This document shows, one piece after another, positions 37,516-46,772 of a stretch of DNA of 64,000 bases; position 1 is the stretch's first letter; each line of letters starts with the position of its first letter. The stretch spans positions 1 to 64,000 of the IMG/VR virus record IMGVR_UViG_3300027917_003468, one strand, 5' to 3'. A model generated the notes under the pieces. That model had not been told where the DNA came from and made no database searches. It worked only from the letters and a program-made list of their open reading frames with translations. Source of the stretch: a virus (lineage: Duplodnaviria; Heunggongvirae; Uroviricota; Caudoviricetes). The translations under genes and the position numbers were made by a program.

Positions 37516-38328
37516 AAAATAGAAGTTCTCCAGACATTCCTGTAGGAGATCTCTTATTTCTTCGTGGTGTATTTCTGGCCCCCAAGGAAGTGCGGAGTTC
37601 TCATAGATATGCTGCAATCTCGTCTCCATTTGTTTGAAATATATATGCACTTCCTCTAGGGTATAGAATCCTTTCATAACGGATTTTAGCTGCTCTCTGT
37701 TACGAGTCAGGTCAATATTGCCTCCCAGTAGAATTTGCTCGACCTCATCAAGAAGCCGGAAGATATGAACAGCAAACTTCGTGTCATATCCATACTTCTC
37801 GATCAGTGCCTTTCTTTCTGGACTTTCCCTGCCGTCTGGATCGGTTTTGATCTTGTTCAATTGGCTGAATGCGTATCCTTTAAATTTGTGCCAGGATCCT
37901 TTATGCAAGAACAGGTGCCGATTCTTCCGCACTAGTGTTGCGATTTCTGTTTCAATCAGCACACAATTCCTGGCAGTGAACAAGCTATCAACCATATTTG
38001 GGTTATTTGCTTCTACCAGTTTAAAATACTTTGCGATGTTGTAAATCTGGAAGTCCAAACTATCTTTTTTTGTTTCCCCTTCTACCTCTCCCCTAAACTG
38101 GTCAAATTTAGGAAAGTCATCGTAACCATAGATAAACCCAGATGAACTAGGGTAAACATATTCAATGGGTGGAATGGTAAATCCGTACACATCCCAGTCA
38201 CTGTTCTCGTGATGAGTTCCATATGCGTGACTACCCATAAGAGTCAGGTACTGGATGTTATCAACCATCCACTCCTGCCCCTCGGTAACACGACTTCTAA
38301 TTTTCTTGAGGATCGTGTCTTTATTCAT
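37489..38328 (-). CDS. Pol-beta-superfamily nucleotidyltransferase (YcgL-like)
   Basis: MGSHAYGTHHENSDWDV = GS-x10-DxD minimal nucleotidyltransferase motif; last ~8 codons overlap tRNA-Ile(TAT). Confidence 0.55.
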   Translation of the reverse strand: MNKDTILKKIRSRVTEGQEWMVDNIQYLTLMGSHAYGTHHENSDWDVYGFTIPPIEYVYPSSSGFIYGYDDFPKFDQFRGEVEGETKKDSLDFQIYNIAKYFKLVEANNPNMVDSLFTARNCVLIETEIATLVRKNRHLFLHKGSWHKFKGYAFSQLNKIKTDPDGRESPERKALIEKYGYDTKFAVHIFRLLDEVEQILLGGNIDLTRNREQLKSVMKGFYTLEEVHIYFKQMETRLQHIYENSALPWGPEIHHEEIRDLLQECLENFYFGGVTQWAE

Positions 38329-38437
38329 TTTGTCCTAAGGAATAAGAGGAGGAGAGGGGCGAAACTCCCCTCCCCTTTAGATATCAGATTTAGACTTCGC
38401 CCATAACAAAGCTGCGGATAATTCGAGGTACGTCGGT

Positions 38438-38623
38438 TCATATGTGCGCCCATGTATACCTGTGAACAATATTCCAAACGTTTGTCCGTTTAGCTCCTGT
38501 CAATTGTGCTATTTTCCAAATCGGTACGCTCTTTTGATACAAACTCCGAATCTCTTTTACTTGCTCCTCGGTCAGTTTGGCTTGGAAGTTCTTCTCTCCG
38601 CCTAGTGATTGTTTTTGGTTCAT
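38438..38623 (-). CDS. small HTH protein translationally coupled to rsr
   Basis: ATGA overlap with the rsr stop; HTH-like IWKIAQLTGAKRTNVWNIV. Confidence 0.4.
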   Translation of the reverse strand: MNQKQSLGGEKNFQAKLTEEQVKEIRSLYQKSVPIWKIAQLTGAKRTNVWNIVHRYTWAHI

Positions 38624-40233
38624 ATTTTATCTGTAACAAACGCCTCGATAACACGGGGAACCTCTGCCGAGAAGCCAACACAATCAAGCATCCCAGCATC
38701 TGTAGGATCGGCAATGGAGAAGTTGGTTGCAGTCATACCCATTACAATCAACTTCGCATCTGGATTTACAGCCTTACGGTAGTTGCGCAGTGCCTGATAT
38801 GGATGTGTACGCCCATACCATGTCTCGTTATCAGTAATTACGAGAAAGGTATCGAACTCTGCTCCCATTTTCTGTGCGTGAATCATTGGTAGCGCACAGT
38901 CCGTAGAACCGAAGTTACTGTCCCTCATCTTCCGCACAACTGTATCTAGCCGTTGTTTTGGGCTAATATCCAGTGGCTTGAACTGGTGAGAGAACTTGTA
39001 TACCGCATAGTCCTTCTCCGTATTGGCTGTAACCAGTGCCATTGCTCCTGCTGCTTCCACGCATCGTAGGTTGCTGTTCATGAGGTGCCAACTCATGGAT
39101 CCAGATACGTCAACAGCAATCATGAACCGCTTTCCTGTAGGTTCCACCGCCTTGAATGCTAGATAGAAAGCGCTGTCCAAAGCATCCACGACTCTCTGTA
39201 CTGGCTTCCAAGATAGGCTTCCCCTGAACCCCTGCCCTTCTGCATATGTCTTCAGGGCGAACAGGATTGCGATTGGATGTACACGAGCCTTTTGTAGGGC
39301 CTTCACGTCTCCCAGACTGTCCTCAATTTTTCTTACTAGGTCTAGGTTGTCAGTAGTCAGAAGTCCAACAGAGCTCATTACTCCCAAGTTCCTGATCATC
39401 GCTGTCATGGGCATCTTCTCGGCAAGAGTTTCCCACACCTTTTTACTTTTCTTGAACTTGGTAGGAAGCATCTCATGAGTCAGACCATGATCTCTGACGA
39501 TCTCGGTCAGTCTCTTTTCTGTCATGCCTTCCTCATGTGCTCTCATGTAGGCATCCAGCAAAAGAATACCGGTAGGCTTCACTTTCTTTTCCTTACCCTT
39601 GCCTTCGTAGAAAGCATCCCTATCGGTTACCCATTTGAACAGTAAGGATTCTTTCTCATCACGAGGCTTACGATGGATGACCCTCAGAGCATCTCGTTGA
39701 GACCAGTCGCCTCGGCTTTGGTACTTCACCATCTGGTAGGCCAACTTGTCCAGTGGCTTCTGGTACCAGTTCCACATCAGTCTCCGTACCTTCCGGTTCC
39801 AGCTTGTCAGTTCGTTCAGGTATCCAACAAAGGTTAGAAAATGTGTACCGGTTCTGACCACCTTGTTGATGTTATCAGGAGAGACGGACTGTCCCTTCGG
39901 CTGATTCGCCACGCAAAGAGCAAGAGCAAACAATGCTGGATCGTTCTTGTGTGCCAGACCTTGATCAGAAACCTCAACGATCTCTTTCACTGTGCGGTCG
40001 AAATCAGTACTGATACACTCAAGAACATTCTGGGCGCTCTTGACTGTGAGTGGATGCTCCTTTGTGTAATAGGTTCCACCCTCTGTTCCAAGGATGAGGA
40101 ACCTACGAAGTGTCTGCCACTCGTCAACCTGGAAGACATACCCACCGGCATAGTTCTTGACCTGATCTTTTCTGGCTTTTGTTCGCTGGTTTGTGTTTGT
40201 TACAGCCTTTGCGTAGTTTAGTTTCCGTGCCAT
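38620..40233 (-). CDS. rsr: Ro60/Rsr orthologue (TROVE domain + von Willebrand factor A (vWA) domain with metal-ion-dependent adhesion site (MIDAS) motif)
   Basis: GYVFQVDEWQTLRRFLILGTEGGTYYTKEHPL and PALFALALC match the Ro60 N-terminus as recalled from memory (no alignment run); vWA MIDAS MIAVDVSGSM. Confidence 0.9.
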   Translation of the reverse strand: MARKLNYAKAVTNTNQRTKARKDQVKNYAGGYVFQVDEWQTLRRFLILGTEGGTYYTKEHPLTVKSAQNVLECISTDFDRTVKEIVEVSDQGLAHKNDPALFALALCVANQPKGQSVSPDNINKVVRTGTHFLTFVGYLNELTSWNRKVRRLMWNWYQKPLDKLAYQMVKYQSRGDWSQRDALRVIHRKPRDEKESLLFKWVTDRDAFYEGKGKEKKVKPTGILLLDAYMRAHEEGMTEKRLTEIVRDHGLTHEMLPTKFKKSKKVWETLAEKMPMTAMIRNLGVMSSVGLLTTDNLDLVRKIEDSLGDVKALQKARVHPIAILFALKTYAEGQGFRGSLSWKPVQRVVDALDSAFYLAFKAVEPTGKRFMIAVDVSGSMSWHLMNSNLRCVEAAGAMALVTANTEKDYAVYKFSHQFKPLDISPKQRLDTVVRKMRDSNFGSTDCALPMIHAQKMGAEFDTFLVITDNETWYGRTHPYQALRNYRKAVNPDAKLIVMGMTATNFSIADPTDAGMLDCVGFSAEVPRVIEAFVTDKI

Positions 40234-40263
40234 GACCGTCCCTCCCTATTATGGGGGTTTCAA

Positions 40264-41022
40264 GGAGCGAAGTGGTTAAGGCCTATCCCTAACCTCGGCT
40301 CCTCATTAAAAATAGAGAACTGGATATTATACTTGAGTGGCGTGGGTTGCTTATCGATCTTGGCTATCTCAGTTCTCTGAAAAAGTTGGGAGCAAATTTG
40401 AAAGAGGAAGTTGCCCGAAGGCATTGCGGGTTTGATTAAATGTCAAATGCGATAATCCTCTTTCCCCGGCTCCCCAAACTGGTTTAGATAAAAAAATGAG
40501 GGCAAATAAACTTTGGAAGGAGGTATCATTATAAGTGATAACCTTCCAAATTCGGCCCTCCATCTTACTCAAGAACTAGGTGCGCTTTTTGGAGGTGAGT
40601 TCCTTTCACCTAATGGCTTTCCTAGTTCTGTTTTAAAAGTTGAGAGCTAAACCCGACCAAAGATCTGCCATTTAACACTGGGGTTGGGCGGCAAAACCCT
40701 CCGTTAACCTTTGACCCTCGGCTCTCCATATCATTTATTCCAAAAAAGTGAGAGCAAATCTTAGAGACGATGCCTTTTCCAATTAGGCTATCGCCCCATA
40801 TGTGGGGCGAAATAGATTCGAACTATTAATAACCATCTCTATCCGGCTCTCCAAAAAATTTAGGAGCAAAATTTAGTAAGGGGATCGACATGATCGACAT
40901 GTATGATAACCCTTTACCATCGGCTCCTCAAATTGTCAGATATATATAAGGTTGAGAGCAAAAATTGTTAGAGGGAGCGTTCGCACCATTGCAAGGTAAC
41001 CCTCTACCATTCGGCTCTCCAA
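40264..41022 (-). ncRNA. tandem array of 6-7 small structured RNA genes (Y-RNA-like candidates) immediately 5' of rsr
   Basis: Units on the + strand (co-oriented with rsr; minus-strand reading favoured) at ~40264-40302, 40388-40474, 40498-40560, 40642-40736, 40750-40851, 40863-40927, 40954-41019. Each has a terminal stem GAGAGC/GCTCTC with compensatory variants (GAGGGC/GCCCTC, GGGAGC/GCTCCC, GGAGC/GCTCC) and a second co-varying inner stem. On the minus strand one unit carries a canonical T-arm AATAG-TTCGAAT-CTATT and another a GCC-UUCG-GGC tetraloop. Confidence 0.55.
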
Positions 41023-41042
41023 ACCTTTTATTTCAAGGGGGC

Positions 41043-41098
41043 GGGAGAAATGGACTGGAATCAAGATATTTGGTATTGGTTATATCTCCATTTCTCCC
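41043..41098. repeat. 12-bp perfect inverted repeat GGGAGAAATGGA/TCCATTTCTCCC with ~32-nt loop
   Basis: Seen directly, just beyond the RNA array. Confidence 0.5.
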
Positions 41099-41146
41099 TA
41101 TGTTAACTTGGACATGTAATACAATTGCCCAAGGGAACTGTTACAA

Positions 41147-41205
41147 GCTTGACTCTATTTGTAACACGGTATAAAAATCGTGTCAAGCTTTTTTTTGAAA
41201 AATTT
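41147..41205 (+). terminator. hairpin CAAGCTTGAC..GTCAAGCTTG followed by T8 (A8 precedes on the opposite strand)
   Basis: 10-bp stem plus TTTTTTTT; orientation is puzzling because the neighbouring genes are on the minus strand. Confidence 0.45.
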
Positions 41206-41213
41206 AAATTTTT

Positions 41214-41912
41214 TTATTTCCTTGGTTTATAAGCTGCAGCAATCTCTTTATCTATTTCACCTGTACCTACTTGAGCTTTGAAAATGGGCTCTTCCCGTTT
41301 TACCCATGGAACTCCAACAGAGGCCAGAACCTGCCGTGCTTCTGTACGTTTTACAGGCATGCAACTCATCCCGGCCATGATTGCTGCAATGGCTCTATCA
41401 AAGGCAATCTTACGTCCGGTAGCTTTACAGAATTTTTGCTTGCCACCAGGAAATTGAGAGACGTGTTCTAATGGTGAACAAATAGAAATGCCTCTGTAAG
41501 TAGCCCCAAAGTAAATAATATCGCATATACATACTACGGGTCTGTTGTTATCATCCCGTAAGAAGAAGAATCTGGGCTTTTTGATGTCTGGATCTTCACT
41601 GTTTGGGTCTACCAGTTCATTCAGGTTATCAGTAGCTTCCTTTATTTCCTCCTTAATATCCCTCCATTTCCTCTCAAGTTCTGTGTATTCCTCAACTGTC
41701 TTTATATGTTGTGTCTGTTCCATCTCTTTCTTAGCCTCTTCCGCATCCTTTTTAAGTCTCGTTACCTTCTGTCTGAGGCTGTCAACTATTGAGTACTTCT
41801 TGATGGTATCTACAATGTGTTTTCGACGTTCTTTTCTCTCCTTTTTTCTTGGGAATTGGGTTGCCTTTGTAGCGTCGTCTTGTGCTTCGACTTTACGCTC
41901 TCCTGGTTCCAT
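41214..41912 (-). CDS. hypothetical coiled-coil protein
   Basis: ORF; promoter-like TTGACA-15-TATAAA on the minus strand at ~42005-41975. Confidence 0.5.
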   Translation of the reverse strand: MEPGERKVEAQDDATKATQFPRKKERKERRKHIVDTIKKYSIVDSLRQKVTRLKKDAEEAKKEMEQTQHIKTVEEYTELERKWRDIKEEIKEATDNLNELVDPNSEDPDIKKPRFFFLRDDNNRPVVCICDIIYFGATYRGISICSPLEHVSQFPGGKQKFCKATGRKIAFDRAIAAIMAGMSCMPVKRTEARQVLASVGVPWVKREEPIFKAQVGTGEIDKEIAAAYKPRK

Positions 41913-42312
41913 GATCTTCTCCTTTCCTGATTGACATGGGGGAATAGTGATATACTATTCCTTTACTGAGTGAAGAGTTTATAGGAATTATCAAAGCCTG
42001 TCAACTAAATTTTTCTACATTTGGTAGTTGACATTATATATATTAACATACCATTATGATTTTTCTGGCAATTTGACTCCTCTCGGGCGTCTCTCTTTGC
42101 TTGACTTGTCCTCCTTTTGGGGTAGTAAAGGACCTTTAAGAGGGTTTTTGCATGAGATCGTGGAGGAAAGTAGACATTACCAGCTCCAGGTCTCCTTGAC
42201 AACCATGTATTTCTGGTCATGTACACGTTCCTTCTCCAAAGATTGCGATAAAAATGCCCCTGTTTCTATTATAAGTGACTTGACAGTTGGTCGTCTCTTC
42301 ACCTGATAGTAG

Positions 42313-43134
42313 TTATTCCTCTTCAGCTCCTCCAGGTTCAACGATTTCAATTGGATGTTCCTCTACGGTGGCTTCAATTTCTTTTTCGGGGGGACTCTCA
42401 ATCACTTCCTTTTGCGGCTCTTCCTTTAGCAGTGGATTTCTTAAGATTATCCAGTTCTCATTGATCGTGTAATCAACTTTGAGATCTTTACAGATTGTAT
42501 CTACACTGTGATAATTGTGGATATTAGCCCACAATTCTAGTTTTTCGCCAAAATAATCTGGAATGGTACGTTTTGCAGTAGTAGTTTCCTCGATTTCAGA
42601 AAAGGGCTTCACATCGATATGAACAACGGTTTTCCCAATAAGTAGGCTGCGCCGAAGGAATCTTTCTAGATCCTCTTGCTGTCGTATTACATGCCGTGTG
42701 AAAAGCAGATCAAAAGATTGTGGTGGTGGACGTTTGTAAAGATTTAGTTCGGTAAATGATATGCCAGGATTGTATACTCGTGCCATGGCCAATACAGAGG
42801 GTCTTATATCGAACCCGCTATATTCTACCCCTTTGAGATGTGCTCCATACTCCTTATAGAACAGACCGGCTCCACATCCTAGTTCAGCTACAGATTTAAA
42901 TCCCTCCTTCTTTATAAACTCTACGATGTTTGCGTGATCCTCTTTGATGCCATGCTGATACATCTTGTTGAAATGGTAGAGCATTCCTAGGTGATCCTTA
43001 CAGAGAGTTCCTGGGAATTTTATAGGAATACCTCCACGTTTGATTTGAGGTGGTCGTAGGTTTACTCTGGGGGTTTTTAAAGTCTTTTCACAAGCAGCAC
43101 ATTTGAAAGTTTCTATAGTTTCTATGATCTCCAT
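42313..43134 (-). CDS. class I SAM-dependent methyltransferase
   Basis: Motif I VAELGCGAGLF. Confidence 0.6.
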   Translation of the reverse strand: MEIIETIETFKCAACEKTLKTPRVNLRPPQIKRGGIPIKFPGTLCKDHLGMLYHFNKMYQHGIKEDHANIVEFIKKEGFKSVAELGCGAGLFYKEYGAHLKGVEYSGFDIRPSVLAMARVYNPGISFTELNLYKRPPPQSFDLLFTRHVIRQQEDLERFLRRSLLIGKTVVHIDVKPFSEIEETTTAKRTIPDYFGEKLELWANIHNYHSVDTICKDLKVDYTINENWIILRNPLLKEEPQKEVIESPPEKEIEATVEEHPIEIVEPGGAEEE

Positions 43135-43223
43135 GGTTTTCTCCTTTTAAATTGTATGTTTGTTTCCATTTGAGTAGCGACTTTGACTCTGCCATGTTCC
43201 AGTAAGTAATATTTTCTTGTTTT

Positions 43224-44408
43224 CTATTTCCATTTGTATCCTCTAAAAATAGCGTCTTTATTTACTCTATATATGAATGCGTTTATAAGACGCAATATTT
43301 CTACTAGCACTTCTGTTGTTAGAAGATTAGGTTTGAGGCCAAGATCTAATAGCTTTGTGTGTGTAGGATTGTAATAATGCTTCTCCTTCTCTACTCTGGG
43401 ATTTGGAATATGAGAGATCTTAACTTTCTTGTTTCCTTTACTTATAGTCTCATACGCCTCCTTGACCTTCTCTGCCAGTTCATTCACAGAAAATATCTCG
43501 GTTATCTGGTTATAGATCTCTAATTTTCCTGATTGTGGTGGATTCATTGCTGCTAGGTAAACACACTGCATTGTATCCTTAATGTTCAAGTATCCTCGTG
43601 TCTGACCGCCTTCTCCGTATATGGTAAGAGGATGATCAATCAGTGCTTGAACAAGAAAGCGATTCAAGACAGTACCAAAGACTTCATCATAATGGAAATT
43701 GGTAAGTAGTTCTATATCAATCTCTTTTTTATCCCCATCTTCTCTCATCTCGTCCGTCACAAGGCCGTAGACTGGACCCTGCATTAGGTCTGTAACACGC
43801 AATCCCCAAGTTCTCACGTAAAACCATAACATATCTGTATCCATCACCTTTGTTGTGTGATAAAGACTTCCAGCTGCTCGTGGAAATAAAAGTGTGTCTT
43901 TGCGCCCTTTGTAATCTAACTCAAACCAACCTTCAGGAATATCGACATTAGGTGTACCAAACTCACCCATGGTCCCCAGTTTGATAATGTGACAATTAGG
44001 ATTCGTGTCTTTTACAACATATGCGACATTTAAAGTACTGACAAGATTGTTTCGTAAGGTTTGCTCAGCACGTTTTCTGTCAATCATAGACCATGGACCC
44101 GATGGTTGTTCAGCATAATGTATAACAGCTTCGGGTTGGCAATACTCAAATACTCCTCGTAAAAAATCGTAATCAGTAACGTCACCGATTTCTAGTCCAA
44201 TTACTGTATTACTATCTGCTGAAGTATTCCAATGTTTTACTCGTTGATGAAGATTGGGGTTAGGAATAAGAGCTTCTACATCCAGATCCCTCGAAGCATT
44301 ACGTCTGAAATAGTTATCAACACCATAAACTGAATGTCCTCGTTTTGCGAAGTACATTGCAGTTGGCCACCCAAGATATCCGTCCATTCCTAGTATTAAG
44401 ATTCGCAT
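43224..44408 (-). CDS. NAD-dependent sugar epimerase/dehydratase, SQD1/SqdB-like (UDP-sulfoquinovose synthase family)
   Basis: GMDGYLG Rossmann motif; YHTTK catalytic motif; ~394 aa; WGLRVTDLMQGPVYG resembles SQD1. Confidence 0.6.
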   Translation of the reverse strand: MRILILGMDGYLGWPTAMYFAKRGHSVYGVDNYFRRNASRDLDVEALIPNPNLHQRVKHWNTSADSNTVIGLEIGDVTDYDFLRGVFEYCQPEAVIHYAEQPSGPWSMIDRKRAEQTLRNNLVSTLNVAYVVKDTNPNCHIIKLGTMGEFGTPNVDIPEGWFELDYKGRKDTLLFPRAAGSLYHTTKVMDTDMLWFYVRTWGLRVTDLMQGPVYGLVTDEMREDGDKKEIDIELLTNFHYDEVFGTVLNRFLVQALIDHPLTIYGEGGQTRGYLNIKDTMQCVYLAAMNPPQSGKLEIYNQITEIFSVNELAEKVKEAYETISKGNKKVKISHIPNPRVEKEKHYYNPTHTKLLDLGLKPNLLTTEVLVEILRLINAFIYRVNKDAIFRGYKWK

Positions 44409-45187
44409 TTGTTTTTGCTCTCCCGATTTTTAGTAACTCTTTTAGATTCTTCGATGAATTGCTGTAGCTTCTCAGCCGCTGCTTTTGGCCCGAGTTTGGG
44501 ATGCGCCATTAGTCGTTGGAATTGTCGTCTGTTATAGTGGCTTCCTTTCCCTTTTGAGTTCTTTCCTTGATAAGTACTTGTTCCATCACCACGAACCTTG
44601 ATTAATGCTTTATGTTCGTCAGTTTTTCCAAATGACCAACGCATATGCTCGATTAGTACACCTTTCACTAATGCTGTTCTATTGATGAGCTGGGCAGTTT
44701 GTGTGAACCAGTTATCGATTCCGTGAAAAGGGAGTGGAGGCGCATAATAACCGACGGCCCTTACCCAATTTTGATGAACAAATCCGTGTGTGCCCCAGTA
44801 TTGGTAATTCTTCCATCCATCGTTTGTCCATACATATTTTATTCTATCTAGAGGTTTCATGAATCGTGCTATGATTTGAGAATCCCAATTACGAGTCCTG
44901 AATACAATGTCATCAGATGAAAGCATGAGGATGTCACCAGTTGCTTTTTTGTAGGCTTCGTTCCACATATCACTTCCATTCTCCTGATGTGGGCCTATTG
45001 TACCAGTAACATTGGCATGTTCTGTTTGCATCTCATTAAATTTTTCAATTCCAACTTCATCGTCCTCGTCCAAATAGAATACTATCTCTAGATTTTCAGG
45101 GGCATGAGCCGTCTCTATTGCTGAGCCCCACACGCCATCCATATTCTTAGGACGCCCACGAGTAGGGGTGAGAAGTGATATTCTCAT
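44396..45187 (-). CDS. GT-A-like glycosyltransferase (putative)
   Basis: LLTPTRGRP N-terminus and DD motifs. Confidence 0.4.
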   Translation of the reverse strand: MRISLLTPTRGRPKNMDGVWGSAIETAHAPENLEIVFYLDEDDEVGIEKFNEMQTEHANVTGTIGPHQENGSDMWNEAYKKATGDILMLSSDDIVFRTRNWDSQIIARFMKPLDRIKYVWTNDGWKNYQYWGTHGFVHQNWVRAVGYYAPPLPFHGIDNWFTQTAQLINRTALVKGVLIEHMRWSFGKTDEHKALIKVRGDGTSTYQGKNSKGKGSHYNRRQFQRLMAHPKLGPKAAAEKLQQFIEESKRVTKNRESKNKCES

Positions 45188-46149
45188 TATTTGTTCTCCT
45201 TTAATTTTGGAAGGTTCAGGTGCTCAGTAATAGTTGTTAATATTACCTCAACGATATTCTGCCAGTTAAGATGAATAACACCTTGTCTTATTTTGGCTAC
45301 ATCGATATTTTCTATGGCATGTATAAAGGCAGACTCTAATGAATCAAAGCGATGTGCTGCAAAATGTTGTAAGCCTTTTAATAATTCTGGATTGATATAA
45401 CTTTTATTTGCTAAGAATAGTTGAGCTCCACACATTGAACTTTCTATTACAGAGAGACCTAGCGTTTCTTTGTGGGTGGGGCAGAAAAGGTGAGCTCTTC
45501 GGTAGTAAGGAAGATATACTTCATCCCAAGGCCCTGAGATACGTTTCGGTTTTCGATAGTTGTTGACATCATGGACTGTAGGATCTTCAAGGATCTTCAG
45601 TTCTAGCGTTATTCCTTTAGAGGCTACTTTTTCGAGAGCTTTGAAGTAACGCTCATATATCTTATAATTCTCTTTATTAGAGATATGGTCGAGCAGTATA
45701 CTAATGCGGTCGGTGGGCTGATTAGGCATACATCTCTTTGGATCTGCAGCCCAACTGATCTTTGTATCTCCGTAAGTTTCCAACATTGCAAATGCATGCT
45801 CATATTTCTTTGATTTTCTTGTAGATCCATTGACGGTATATATTTTCTTACTTCTAACTTTATTTAATAGTGGCTTCATGAATTTATCGTTCGCATATAA
45901 TTTACCAAACTTACGACTGCTGGAGAGTGGTTTGCAAGAAAGGATAGCATCTGCTTTAGGAAGAGCTTTTATTCGATTGATTACCTGTTTGCTATTTAGC
46001 GTTGGCCACTTTGCAATATCTTCCCTTGTAACTTCAATACCACGGCGTTCTAATTCCTCACAGATGAAGAATGAGGTGTTGCTGCTAAAGTTTTTAATAT
46101 CCTTCAGGGAACTGGCTTTTCCGTCGGATAGGAATATTATCCTTTTCAT
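45187..46149 (-). CDS. GT-B (family 1/4-like) glycosyltransferase
   Basis: C-terminal GLSVIESSMCGAQLF motif. Confidence 0.5.
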   Translation of the reverse strand: MKRIIFLSDGKASSLKDIKNFSSNTSFFICEELERRGIEVTREDIAKWPTLNSKQVINRIKALPKADAILSCKPLSSSRKFGKLYANDKFMKPLLNKVRSKKIYTVNGSTRKSKKYEHAFAMLETYGDTKISWAADPKRCMPNQPTDRISILLDHISNKENYKIYERYFKALEKVASKGITLELKILEDPTVHDVNNYRKPKRISGPWDEVYLPYYRRAHLFCPTHKETLGLSVIESSMCGAQLFLANKSYINPELLKGLQHFAAHRFDSLESAFIHAIENIDVAKIRQGVIHLNWQNIVEVILTTITEHLNLPKLKENK

Positions 46150-46766
46150 TTACCCACTCCCTTTAAGAGATAGAGATTACAGCTAGTAATTGGAGGTTTG
46201 CTCCATGTCCAAACTCTGGCTTGAGTATAGAACTTCTTGCAATGTTCATAAAAGGAATTATCAAGTACGCACGAAGGATGCCATAGATTTTTTGGCACAT
46301 AGTAAAGTTGTTTGTAGATTTCTGGCATACTGTTTACGTAAGACCAATTACTCTTCAAGAATATATCACTGATTATGGTGTTCATCCCAATAGTGGTTAT
46401 GACTATGTTGTGTAATAATATATGATCCATCATTCCATATTCACCAATTGGGTTGTGTGTATATATATAATCATAAGTTTTAGCTCTTATAGTTTTTTCT
46501 ATATGCTTCGCTAGTTCCTTGAGTTCTCCTCTACGAGCATCAACTTTGTAAAAGGCAGAATCATAGGCAAGACATGTGCAAGGAATCTTTAATGATTTGC
46601 AAAGATCAAATAGGGAGTATTTTCTTTTAGCGCACCAGGACCTATTGGGATTTCTCTCATCGCTAGCGCATATTAAGATTTCCTTCTCGCAGTCCTTGTT
46701 CTGTAATATAGGCCAACCGAAGATTATTTCGTCGTCAGGATGTGCCAGTACCATTAAAACCTTCAT
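46146..46766 (-). CDS. PIG-L/LmbE-family deacetylase (paralog of 17344..17949)
   Basis: MVLAHPDDEIIFGWP. Confidence 0.65.
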   Translation of the reverse strand: MKVLMVLAHPDDEIIFGWPILQNKDCEKEILICASDERNPNRSWCAKRKYSLFDLCKSLKIPCTCLAYDSAFYKVDARRGELKELAKHIEKTIRAKTYDYIYTHNPIGEYGMMDHILLHNIVITTIGMNTIISDIFLKSNWSYVNSMPEIYKQLYYVPKNLWHPSCVLDNSFYEHCKKFYTQARVWTWSKPPITSCNLYLLKGVGK

Positions 46767-46772
46767 GATAGA

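Noticed and set aside
39841-40221. + strand ORF antisense to rsr (and other antisense ORFs such as 29152..29751, 37735..38044, 16499..16840)
   Set aside because: Embedded opposite clearly recognisable protein-coding genes; no independent support.
40264-41022. Repeat region upstream of rsr as a CRISPR array or as DNA iterons
   Set aside because: Unit length and spacing are irregular (39-102 nt). The conserved parts are complementary to each other with compensatory substitutions, which indicates RNA structure rather than a DNA protein site or a CRISPR repeat.
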